From the NCBI GenBank assembly GCA_041645535.1, contig JBAZPT010000002.1, positions 77,605 through 141,604 on the forward strand: a DNA stretch of 64,000 nucleotides, in the 5' to 3' direction. Source of the stretch: Parcubacteria group bacterium. Its GTDB lineage: Bacteria; Patescibacteriota; Minisyncoccia; Moranbacterales; UBA2206. Every line of letters starts with the position of its first letter. The first letter of the stretch is position 1. Under the pieces are notes generated by a model that was not told where the DNA came from, did no database searches, and was given only the letters and a program-made list of their open reading frames with translations. Shown one piece after another: positions 1-8,089 of the stretch. The translations under genes and the position numbers were made by a program.

Positions 1-717
1 TATTGTTCCACCCCATGAAACGTTCTTACTGGCGCGAAACATCATTCTATAAGCAAACGTGAAAACTATAGACACCAGCAAAAATCCGCCCAAGATGTTA
101 GGGTGTGGAAATAAGCCATAAGCGCGGATAAATTTGTGCCCGAAGAGCACAATCTTGGCTACGCCGTCAACATTCACCGAGATTAAGCTTTCTTTAAGCC
201 AAAATAGGCCAACAGAGTGCTGTAAAACAGCCTGCGCTATGCCAATTGTGGCTTGTATAAAGCCTAAAGCGACAATAAAGCCTACTGTATTGCGTAATAA
301 TGGCTTATTTAAAGCATTATGTGCAACATAGAAAAAAAGCAGGCTAAATTCGGCTAATTTAAGCGCTTTAAAAAGCGCCAGGTTTGTATTGCCAGGCCAC
401 GAGATGCTCATAAACGCCCAAGCTACTAATACCAGCACTAAGATATAGGCCTCTTGTCGATTGAAAAACTTGATACAACTTGACAATTTAAGCTTTTTGT
501 TTCGTAATATAGAAATTATCCAGGCTATAATAGTCAGAATCAATAAAATATCGCTTAAATAAAGGTAGATTCCGGTATATTCGTTAAAGCCACCCGCAAT
601 AGGATAGAAAAAAAAGACTTTCCGGATTGAAAGCGTGAAGGTCAAAAGGAAGCCGTAGAAAAACCAGCCGTCCGGCCGAGCTTTGAAATTGTTCCACGCT
701 TTGGTGAAGATTGCCAT
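1..717 (-). CDS. O-antigen ligase (Wzy_C)-like polytopic membrane protein, C-terminus cut by window edge
   Basis: Open minus-strand frame running off the window start, with ATG at 717-715. My translation MAIFTKAWNNFKARPDGWFFYGFLL...RAYGLFPHPNILGGFLL is multi-TM. It shares the R..G.F..PN.L motif with the ligase-like paralogs at 41657-44147. Confidence 0.55.
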   Translation of the reverse strand, partial: MAIFTKAWNNFKARPDGWFFYGFLLTFTLSIRKVFFFYPIAGGFNEYTGIYLYLSDILLILTIIAWIISILRNKKLKLSSCIKFFNRQEAYILVLVLVAWAFMSISWPGNTNLALFKALKLAEFSLLFFYVAHNALNKPLLRNTVGFIVALGFIQATIGIAQAVLQHSVGLFWLKESLISVNVDGVAKIVLFGHKFIRAYGLFPHPNILGGFLLVSIVFTFAYRMMFRASKNVSWGGTI

Positions 718-844
718 AACACTTTAATTATACTACAGATTAGACTTTTTGACGCAAAAACGATATGATAAAAATATTGCTATAAAATAGTAACACAGAG
801 GGGAAGTTTTTTAAAAATCAAATTAACTTAAGAGGAGGTGAATT

Positions 845-1939
845 ATGTCATCGATTTTAGATCATTCGCTCATAATTGGTGATATAGTCGCCAAATTGCC
901 ATTCATTCAGGGCGGGATGAGCGTAGGAATTTCTCTGCATTGTCTGGCGGCTGCCGTAGCGAATGAAGGCGGCATTGGAGTTATTGGGACTGCTGATATC
1001 GGTATGAACGAGCCAGACTTCCGCGATAATTTTCTTGAAGCAAATATTTGGGCGTTAAGACAAGAAATCGCAAAGGCAAGGAAATTAACCAAAGGAATCC
1101 TCGGCGTCAATATCATGGTAGCATTGACAAACTTTGCAGATCTTGTGCAGACAGCAATTGAAGAAAAGATTGACATTATTTTTTCCGGCGCCGGATTGCC
1201 GCTTAATCTTCCTGGATTTTTAAATGGCGCAAAAACAAAATTAGTGCCTATTATTTCTTCCGGAAGAGCCGCTGTGATTATCGCGAAGAAGTGGACGGAG
1301 AAATACAATTATCTCCCAGACGCATTTGTAGTCGAGGGACCAAGGGCGGGAGGACACTTGGGATTTTCCGAAGAACATATTGGCGATCCGGAGTATGCCT
1401 TGGAAAAACTTATTCCCGCAGTGATTGAAACACTAAAGCCATATGCAGAAAAATATGGCAGGCCGGTTCCGGTGATTGCAGCCGGTGGAATTTATACCGG
1501 CGCGGATATTTTCAAATTTTTGCAGTTGGGAGCGGCGGGCGTGCAGATGGCAACGCGTTTTGTCACGACGCACGAATGCGACGCCAACATTAAATTCAAA
1601 GAAGCATATCTAAATGCCAAGGAATCTGATATAACAATTATCAAGAGCCCTGTTGGATTGCCAGGAAGAGCAATTCGCAATGCTTTTCTTGATAAGGTCA
1701 GCCAAGGCAAAATGAAACCCTTTAAGTGCCCATATCACTGCCTAAAAACATGTGAATTGGAAAAAAGTCCGTATTGCATTTCTTTCGCATTAATCAACGC
1801 GCAGCGAGGAAATCTTGATCGCGGTTTCGCTTTTTGCGGAGAAAATGCTTACCGGGCAGACAAAATCGTTCATGTAAAAGAAGTGATGGAAGCTCTCAAA
1901 GAAGAGTATCGAGAAGCCTCCGGAGGAGAAGAGTTGTAA
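845..1939 (+). CDS. NAD(P)H-dependent flavin oxidoreductase, nitronate monooxygenase / FabK-like family
   Basis: 364-aa ORF with a strong SD (AAGAGGAGGTG) 5 nt upstream. Family motifs are GGMSVGISLHCLAAAVANEGGIGVIG and IAAGGIYTGADIFKFLQLGAAGVQMATRF. Confidence 0.8.
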   Translation: MSSILDHSLIIGDIVAKLPFIQGGMSVGISLHCLAAAVANEGGIGVIGTADIGMNEPDFRDNFLEANIWALRQEIAKARKLTKGILGVNIMVALTNFADLVQTAIEEKIDIIFSGAGLPLNLPGFLNGAKTKLVPIISSGRAAVIIAKKWTEKYNYLPDAFVVEGPRAGGHLGFSEEHIGDPEYALEKLIPAVIETLKPYAEKYGRPVPVIAAGGIYTGADIFKFLQLGAAGVQMATRFVTTHECDANIKFKEAYLNAKESDITIIKSPVGLPGRAIRNAFLDKVSQGKMKPFKCPYHCLKTCELEKSPYCISFALINAQRGNLDRGFAFCGENAYRADKIVHVKEVMEALKEEYREASGGEEL

Positions 1940-2108
1940 ACATTATTTCCGGGCGTGCTGTGAACTTAACAGTGCGACCCGGATTTATTTTTTCATTGAC
2001 CCTATTAGAAATTTTGGAAAATACTCAATAATACCAGGATGTTAAGGCGAAGCCGCTTCGCTCTCGTATCAAATTGAAAAAAAAGCTGTCCATGAATTTC
2101 TAACAGGG

Positions 2109-2136
2109 TTGACTAACAATTTTTTTCTGATATGAT
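2109..2136 (+). promoter_or_regulatory. sigma70-like promoter upstream of tRNA-Ala
   Basis: TTGACT (2109-2114), a 16-nt spacer, then TATGAT (2131-2136), about 27 nt before the tRNA. Confidence 0.45.
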
Positions 2137-2162
2137 ATTATGGATTTAGATATTGCCTAAAC

Positions 2163-2233
2163 GGGCTCATAGTAAATCGGTATTACGGGACCATGGCATG
2201 GTTCAGTGCAGGGTTCGACTCCCTGTGAGTCCA
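2163..2233 (+). tRNA. tRNA-Ala (anticodon GGC)
   Basis: Hand-folded cloverleaf with acceptor GGGCTCA/TGAGTCC carrying the G3:U70 alanine identity pair. D arm is GTAA/TTAC, anticodon loop ATGGCAT, T arm CAGGG-TTCGACT-CCCTG. No CCA is encoded. Confidence 0.85.
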
Positions 2234-2264
2234 CACTTCGACTTCGCCCAGTGTAAACAATCTT

Positions 2265-2813
2265 ATGTTAAAGAAAATTTTATTAATTCCAGGATGGATG
2301 AGAAGCGTTGCTTATTATAAGAAGTATGAAGGTATTGATATTTGGAAAGAAAATATCCCCAATGATCTGAATATTGAAGCCGATTATATTGTCGCGCACA
2401 GCCTCGGATCCGTAGTCGCTTTGCAAAATTGGCAAAAATTTCCAAACACAAAATTAATTTTAGTTAATCCCTTAGTGTTAAAAAGAAGTTTTTGGGAATG
2501 GCTGTGGCGCTGGTTCAAGTTTGCTTTTGATGAAGGGCCGCGCATAGATAAAAATGTCGGCATTCTCAAGATATTTTCCGGATTGAAAAAACTTTATCAG
2601 CTTAGCCAAGTTGACACGACCGGAATATTAAAAAATATTTCCGCAAATGATTTGGTAATCATCCGCGGATGCAAAGATAAGTTTTTTTGCGATAATGAAG
2701 CCAGTGGATATTTGAAGAAAAATGGATTAAATTTAATAGAAATAGTAGAAGCCGCGCATCATTGGAATGAAAAATTTGACATGGAAATAAATAGAATAAT
2801 CTCGGGCCCGTAG
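2265..2813 (+). CDS. small alpha/beta-fold serine hydrolase (YdeN/RBBP9-like size class)
   Basis: 182-aa ORF with the nucleophile elbow AHSLGS (GxSxG). The last 10 nt, including the TAG stop, overlap tRNA-Met. Confidence 0.5.
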   Translation: MLKKILLIPGWMRSVAYYKKYEGIDIWKENIPNDLNIEADYIVAHSLGSVVALQNWQKFPNTKLILVNPLVLKRSFWEWLWRWFKFAFDEGPRIDKNVGILKIFSGLKKLYQLSQVDTTGILKNISANDLVIIRGCKDKFFCDNEASGYLKKNGLNLIEIVEAAHHWNEKFDMEINRIISGP

Positions 2814-2875
2814 CTCAGTGGTAGAGCGCGCGACTCATAATCGCTTGGTCGCAGGTTCGATCCCTGCCGGGCCCA
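2804..2875 (+). tRNA. tRNA with CAT anticodon (elongator Met or lysidine-modified Ile2; not initiator-like)
   Basis: Acceptor GGGCCCG/CGGGCCC, D arm GCTC-AGTGGTA-GAGC, anticodon loop CTCATAA, T arm GCAGG-TTCGATC-CCTGC. It has a 1:72 G-C pair and lacks the three G-C pairs in the anticodon stem, so it is not an initiator. Confidence 0.8.
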
Positions 2876-2887
2876 CAATTTATAAAG

Positions 2888-2908
2888 TCGAGGCGAAGCC
2901 TCGATTTT
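2888..2908 (+). terminator. rho-independent terminator after tRNA-Met
   Basis: TCGAGGC-GAA-GCCTCGA followed by TTTT. Confidence 0.7.
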
Positions 2909-3039
2909 AAGTTTTCACAGAAATAATCCCGCAAACACTTGACAGAAAGTGATGGCTATGCTAAACTACTTTGAAGTTCTTAAGAGGCATTCACTGAAAA
3001 GTGAAGAATATAAATTATACACCAAAAAGGGAGGAGAAC

Positions 3040-3375
3040 ATGAGAAAATTTTTTTATGTCGTAATATCTGTTTTTGTTCTTTTATTTTTCACAGGTTGCA
3101 GTAAGGATTATAAGATTGATACTCCGGTTACGGTAGAAAATGTTGAGATTACCAAACAGCCATTAACCGGTAAAACCACAATCATCCTGAAAATGGTTGA
3201 TGGAGCTGGAAACCATATGACCCTAGTAAGCCTTGGGGCAAGCGAAAACGAACAACGCATAATAAAATGTGCGAAAAAAGGAGACCACATAACGGTCAGC
3301 TTCTGCTCCAGTGGTACAAATAATATTTTTCTCAAAGCAATCAAGAACAATGATTTGGGTATTGAGTGTCAATAA
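3040..3375 (+). CDS. small lipoprotein, unknown function
   Basis: ATG at 3040 preceded by GGGAGGAG. Signal peptide ends in the lipobox FFTGC. A TTGACA/TAAACT promoter sits at 2938-2966. Confidence 0.6.
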   Translation: MRKFFYVVISVFVLLFFTGCSKDYKIDTPVTVENVEITKQPLTGKTTIILKMVDGAGNHMTLVSLGASENEQRIIKCAKKGDHITVSFCSSGTNNIFLKAIKNNDLGIECQ

Positions 3376-3424
3376 CCCACTACTATGTCCGGAAGCCAGC
3401 GCAAAACAGCGCGTTTGGCTTCTT

Positions 3425-4396
3425 TTATTTTTTTCTCCTTCTCGCGTGGAACGCTTTGTGGACTTCTTTGAGCTGTTGGTTGGTGATGTGGGTGTAAATT
3501 TGGGTGGTAGTGATAGAAGAATGGCCAAGCATAGCCTGGACACTGCGGATATCGGCGCCATTGATTAATAAATCCGTAGCAAATGAATGGCGCAAAGTAT
3601 GCGGATGGACATCTTTAATGATTCCGGCCTTGGCGGCATAAAATTTTACCATTCTTTGGACACTGCGGGGAGTTAATCTTAGAGTTTTATCCTGGTTTTT
3701 TTCTAAAGCCGAGCTTTCCCCGATCTTAAAGCTCGGTTTTTTAGTTTCAAATTTCTTTAGCGCCTTCACATCCCGCACAAATAAGGCAGGGTCAATGTCG
3801 GCGCGCTTGTCGAGATAGCGCTCAAGCGCTTGCTTGGCGCTATCAGAAACAAAAACCAGCCTGATTTTGTCGCCCTTGCCCCGCACAGTGAATTCCTGAT
3901 TTTTGAGATCCAGCTTATCGCGGTTGATATTGATAAGCTCGGAAACACGCAGGCCCGAAGAGAAAAGCAGTTCCAGCATTGCCCGATCCCGGAGGATCTT
4001 GAAGCTATTGCCGCTAGCCGCCTCCAAAATACGCTCGACTTCCTCCGCCTCCAAAAATTCCACTTCCTTGCGGGACACCTTGCCCGCTTCCACTTTCTCC
4101 GCCGACAAAGTTTTGATATCTTTCTTGGCCAGATATTTCAGGAAGCTGCGGAGTGCGATAATATAATAATTTTGCGTTATTTTCTTGAGTTTTTGCCCTT
4201 TTTTGTCCTCATAGCGGTTGAGATAAACCCGAAAACCGCGCACCGTTTCCTCCGTGATGTTTTTAGGATCGGTTACTCTAGACCATTCTAAAAACCGATC
4301 CAGATAGTGGCCGTAGTTTTCAATCGTCTTCCCGGCTTTGCCCTTTTCAATTTCCAAATATTCCAGAAATTGGTTTTTAAAATCCTTTAGTTGCAT
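3425..4396 (-). CDS. tyrosine site-specific recombinase, XerC/XerD family
   Basis: C-terminal catalytic signature HTLRHSFATDLLINGADIRSVQAMLGHSSITTTQIYTH. I prefer the internal ATG at 4396 (MQLKDFKNQFLEYL), which gives a typical length of 323 aa. Confidence 0.9.
   Translation of the reverse strand: MQLKDFKNQFLEYLEIEKGKAGKTIENYGHYLDRFLEWSRVTDPKNITEETVRGFRVYLNRYEDKKGQKLKKITQNYYIIALRSFLKYLAKKDIKTLSAEKVEAGKVSRKEVEFLEAEEVERILEAASGNSFKILRDRAMLELLFSSGLRVSELININRDKLDLKNQEFTVRGKGDKIRLVFVSDSAKQALERYLDKRADIDPALFVRDVKALKKFETKKPSFKIGESSALEKNQDKTLRLTPRSVQRMVKFYAAKAGIIKDVHPHTLRHSFATDLLINGADIRSVQAMLGHSSITTTQIYTHITNQQLKEVHKAFHARRRKK
3705..3740. repeat. intragenic hairpin AAAGCCGAGCTTT / AAAGCTCGGTTTT inside the recombinase gene
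   Basis: 13-bp arms with one G:T, and a 10-nt loop. It shares the AGCCGAGCT core with the palindrome at 42668-42710. Confidence 0.6.
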
Positions 4397-4688
4397 AAAA
4401 ATTGATTGTGCGACACTTATGCTCTTATCATACACCAAGCCGCCAGACTTGGGAATAGCCGGCGACCCAAAAAATTTTAACCGGCCATTTTGGCTTGAAT
4501 TGGGCAAAATATGCCTTGTTGACAATGCTCTTGACTGGCGAAGTTCCATTTGCTATAGTAGAAGTTGTTAAAAATTAAGGTTCAACATCATTAGTAAACT
4601 AGCTATTTCTATTACTCAAGGTTTATTAGGGAGGGCAAACCTGAATAATCTGCGCCAGCAGATCCATATCCAGCAAAAAAACATTGCC

Positions 4689-5759
4689 TTGTTCATCAAG
4701 GAACACCGGACAGTGAAGGCTCTTCATATCTTCCGCCGCTACTCCGCTCTGATAGTGGTCATCTCCAGCGCGCTTCTAGTTTCGGCAACCAATTTGGCCG
4801 CGGGAAAAGAATCCAGTGGTTTTTTATTTGGCTCGCTTGGCAGTGATGACAACTTTGAAAACCCCCTGGCCAATAAAATGTCCGTAGAAGCTAACAAAAA
4901 GCATGATTTAGCCCTAGTTACTCTGTCTCAATCCAGCACCGCTCCCGACCCGGACGCCAAGCTTGAAGATGAAAATGAAACCTTTATTCTTCAGGGACAG
5001 GCTATTGTAGCCGGCACCAGCCCGGTAAAAAGGGATCCGGAAGAAGACGGGGGCGTTAAAATTTATGAAGTCCGCCAAGGCGATACGGTCGGCGGCATTG
5101 CCTCAAAATTTGGCATAACTGTAAATACTATCCTTTGGTCCAATGAGTTGGACAATGTTGATTCTATTATGCCCGGGGATAAAATATTCATTCTGCCGGT
5201 GGCCGGCCTGAATTACACCGTGAAATCTGGAGACAGTCTGGATGCCATTGCCAATAAATATAAAGCCGACAAGGGCAAAATTATTTCTTTTAACGACCTG
5301 CCAGCCGACGGAGAATTGAAAGTTGGAGAGGAAATTATTATTCCGGACGGACAGAAAGAAGTTGCGGCTCCGGCAGTTCCAAGGACGCCCATTGCTACCC
5401 GCCCTTATGAATCCTTTGCTCCATCAGGCACAATCCTTTCTGGAAGAGCCGGCACCGGACACAAATTCCCTTACGGATATTGCACCTGGTATGTGGCGCA
5501 GAGAAGATTCGTTCCCTGGGGCGGAAACGCCGGAACTTGGCTCTACCACGCCAAGGCTATGGGCTATTCCACTGGCAGAACTCCGCGCCCGGGATCCATT
5601 ATTGTGACGTCCGAATCCTGGTGGGGACATGTCGGCATCGTGGAAAAAGTCAGCGGCGGATCAGTCACTATTTCCGAAATGAACTACCGGGGCTGGGCCA
5701 AAAAAAGCTCGCGCGTACTGTCAGCTTCCAGCCGGGTCATTAAAGGCTATATTTACTAA
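4689..5759 (+). CDS. membrane-anchored peptidoglycan hydrolase, 2x LysM + C-terminal CHAP domain
   Basis: LysM repeats YEVRQGDTVGGIASKFGITVNTILWSN and YTVKSGDSLDAIANKYKADKGKIISFN. CHAP-like region is YGYCTWYVAQRR...WGHVGIVEKV. TTG start, N-terminal TM helix. Confidence 0.8.
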   Translation: MFIKEHRTVKALHIFRRYSALIVVISSALLVSATNLAAGKESSGFLFGSLGSDDNFENPLANKMSVEANKKHDLALVTLSQSSTAPDPDAKLEDENETFILQGQAIVAGTSPVKRDPEEDGGVKIYEVRQGDTVGGIASKFGITVNTILWSNELDNVDSIMPGDKIFILPVAGLNYTVKSGDSLDAIANKYKADKGKIISFNDLPADGELKVGEEIIIPDGQKEVAAPAVPRTPIATRPYESFAPSGTILSGRAGTGHKFPYGYCTWYVAQRRFVPWGGNAGTWLYHAKAMGYSTGRTPRPGSIIVTSESWWGHVGIVEKVSGGSVTISEMNYRGWAKKSSRVLSASSRVIKGYIY

Positions 5760-5761
5760 GT

Positions 5762-7972
5762 TTATAATTTCTTGAGCGGGGCGACTGAAGCGGAGAGTTT
5801 TTTGAGGCCGGATTTGGAAAAAGCCACCGTGAGCGTATCGCCCTGCGAACCAACAATGAGTCCGTCGCCGAAAATTTCGTGGCGAACCCGGTCGCCATCT
5901 TTAAAAGTGTTTTTCTTCCGTATTTCCCTCTCCCCTTGGGAGAGGGTGTCCCGATGTGCATCGGGACGGGTGAGGGTTTTGAACTTTGTGATTTGTGATT
6001 TCCCATCTTTTGCATCCTGCAAAAGATGGACTGGTATATCATCCAAAAACCGCGACGGCGGATTGACCTGTGTCGAACCAAAAATATTCCGCTGGCTGGT
6101 GAACAAAAGATAAACTTTTTCTTTGGCGCGCGTGATGCCGACATACATCAGGCGCCTTTCTTCCTCCATTTCGCCTTGATCGAGCATACTTCTAGAATGC
6201 GGCAGGATTCCTTCTTCCAGTCCCGCGATAAAAACTACTTTAAATTCCAAACCTTTGGCGCTGTGGAGCGTCATTAAATGCACGGCATCTAAATTTTGAT
6301 TCACATTGTCCGTGTCGGACGCCAACGCGACTTCTTCTAAAAACATCCGCAAGGCCTCCCCGCCCTCATATTCGCTGTATTTTTTGGCAACAGTCAGCAA
6401 TTCGCGGATATTTTCCCGCCGCATTTCGCCTTCTTCCGTGCCGTCCAGCAGAAATTTTTCATAGCCGGATTCAGCAAAAACTTTTTCCATAAAATCCGTC
6501 AGCGGCAATTTGCGGATCGCCTCGTTCATCCTTTTGATAAAATCACAAAACTTGGCGATCGCCTCATATTTTGCATTCTGTATTTTATATCCAGCATCTT
6601 GGTTGTTTTTAAATCGCAGGCCTCCATCGATTAAATCAACTTTATTTTCTTTGGCAAATTTCAGCCAATATTTTACCGTAACTTCTCCGATACCCCTCTT
6701 GGGTTCATTAATTATTCGCTCCAGCGAAACCGCGTCAGTGAAATTTTGGATCAGGCGCAGATACGCGACGACATCTTTTATTTCTTTGCGCAAATAAAAT
6801 TTTATGCCGCCGATAATTCTATATGGAATGGAATTGGAAAGCATTACTTCTTCCATAATGCGGGACTGCGCGTTGGTGCGGTAGAGAACTACGAAATCAG
6901 AGAACTTATGCTTTTCTTTTTCCTGTTTTTGGTTGCGTAAAACTTCCGCGACCACGAATTCCGCCTCGTCTTTTTCGTCTCTGGCCTCATAGCAAGTTAT
7001 GAGATGCCCGCCGGCGCTTTCCGTCCAGATTTTTTTGTCTTTGCGATTGATATTTTTAGAAATCACGCCGTAAGCCGCGTCCAAAATGTTCTGCGTGGAA
7101 CGATAATTTTGCTCGAGTTTTATGACCTTGGCGCTAGGATAGTCCTTTTCAAAATCCAGGATGTTTTGGATATCCGCGCCTCTCCAAGAGTACACTCCTT
7201 GCCAGTCATCGCCCACGACGCAGATGTTGCCATTCTTTTTGGCCAGCATATTAATCAACGAATACTGCGCGTGATTAGTGTCCTGATATTCGTCCACCAT
7301 AATATAACGGAAAAAATTCTGGTATTTTTCCAAAACTTCCGGAAACTTTTGGAATAAATGAACCATCAGCATAATAATATCATCGAAATCAAGCGCGTTT
7401 TGCTCCTTGAGTTTTTTTTGGTAGGCACTATAGGTCTTGGAAACTGTTTCTTCATAATAACTGCCGATTGTTTCATGATAATGCACCGCGTCAATCAGTT
7501 CGTTCTTGGCCTTTGAAATCGCGTTGAGCATCGCCTGCGGTTTGAATTGTTCCATATCCAGCTCATTTTCCTTCATGGCTTTTTTCATCGTCGCCAACTG
7601 GTCCTGATCATCAAAAATATTAAACGATTTTTTATAGCCCAGTTTTTCGATCTCATGGCGCAAAATCCGCGCGCAGATGGAATGGAAAGTGCCCATAACT
7701 GGAAGTTCATAGTTCTTAGTTTTTAGTTCTTGGTTATTAACATTTAATAAAACTCTTACCCGTTCCTTCATTTCCTGCGCGGCTTTATTAGTAAAAGTCA
7801 CCGCCAGAATATTTCTCGGCGGAATCTTTTTTTCCTTGATGAGATAGGCTACGCGGTGCGTAAGCGCCCGGGTTTTGCCCGATCCCGCTCCGGCAATGAT
7901 CAAAACCGCCCCTTCGGTGGTTTCGACCGCTTCCCTCTGCGCGGGATTCAAGTTTTTTAGGATTTCATCCAC
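5762..7972 (-). CDS. pcrA: ATP-dependent DNA helicase PcrA/UvrD (SF1)
   Basis: 736-aa ORF with Walker A AGAGSGKTRALTHR, plus DEYQDT and VGDDWQ. C-terminal region is GDRVRHEIFGDGLIV. GTG start. Confidence 0.95.
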   Translation of the reverse strand: MDEILKNLNPAQREAVETTEGAVLIIAGAGSGKTRALTHRVAYLIKEKKIPPRNILAVTFTNKAAQEMKERVRVLLNVNNQELKTKNYELPVMGTFHSICARILRHEIEKLGYKKSFNIFDDQDQLATMKKAMKENELDMEQFKPQAMLNAISKAKNELIDAVHYHETIGSYYEETVSKTYSAYQKKLKEQNALDFDDIIMLMVHLFQKFPEVLEKYQNFFRYIMVDEYQDTNHAQYSLINMLAKKNGNICVVGDDWQGVYSWRGADIQNILDFEKDYPSAKVIKLEQNYRSTQNILDAAYGVISKNINRKDKKIWTESAGGHLITCYEARDEKDEAEFVVAEVLRNQKQEKEKHKFSDFVVLYRTNAQSRIMEEVMLSNSIPYRIIGGIKFYLRKEIKDVVAYLRLIQNFTDAVSLERIINEPKRGIGEVTVKYWLKFAKENKVDLIDGGLRFKNNQDAGYKIQNAKYEAIAKFCDFIKRMNEAIRKLPLTDFMEKVFAESGYEKFLLDGTEEGEMRRENIRELLTVAKKYSEYEGGEALRMFLEEVALASDTDNVNQNLDAVHLMTLHSAKGLEFKVVFIAGLEEGILPHSRSMLDQGEMEEERRLMYVGITRAKEKVYLLFTSQRNIFGSTQVNPPSRFLDDIPVHLLQDAKDGKSQITKFKTLTRPDAHRDTLSQGEREIRKKNTFKDGDRVRHEIFGDGLIVGSQGDTLTVAFSKSGLKKLSASVAPLKKL
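5926..6029. repeat. three consecutive perfect hairpins inside pcrA
   Basis: CCCTCTCCC-ctt-GGGAGAGGG (5926-5946), GTCCCGATG-tg-CATCGGGAC (5948-5967) and CCATCTTTTGCA-tcc-TGCAAAAGATGG (6003-6029). Confidence 0.8.
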
Positions 7973-8072
7973 CCCGTTAGAGTTTTGCCGAATTAAATTT
8001 ATTCAATAAGGCAAACTTAGTAAAAAATTATTGATTTATCCCCGCATCATTTATGTTAAAACTCTAGCGGGG
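7972..8072. repeat. CCCGTTA-family inverted-repeat element (copy A)
   Basis: CCCCGTTAGAGTTTT (7972-7986) pairs with AAAACTCTAGCGGGG (8058-8072): 15 bp, 1 mismatch. It lies between the TrmB-like stop and the pcrA start. Confidence 0.7.
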
Positions 8073-8089
8073 TAAATAACCTTTCTATT

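Noticed and set aside
4565-4688. Possible riboswitch (for example ydaO/c-di-AMP type) in the ~120-nt leader of the LysM-CHAP hydrolase gene.
   Set aside because: A TTGACT-17-TATAGT promoter at 4531-4559 does leave a long leader. However, I could not see the conserved pseudo-symmetric helices or motifs of that class. It may just be an unstructured UTR.
5740-6144. Long antisense or alternative-frame ORFs in the six-frame track. Examples are 5740-6144(-), 907-1308(-), 14245-14763(-), 21727-22254(-), 36440-37231(-), 44710-45276(+), 45780-46298(+) and 47812-48219(+).
   Set aside because: Each lies entirely inside a longer ORF with clear family motifs on another frame or strand. They have no start-site signals and show odd, low-complexity composition, so I treat them as shadow ORFs.
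7712-7738. Direct repeat TAGTTCTTAG-tttt-TAGTTCTTGG inside pcrA (coding NQELKTKNYEL) as another inserted element.
   Set aside because: It is short and imperfect, with no second copy seen in the window. It is similar in flavour to other AT-rich stutters, and the evidence is not enough to call an element.
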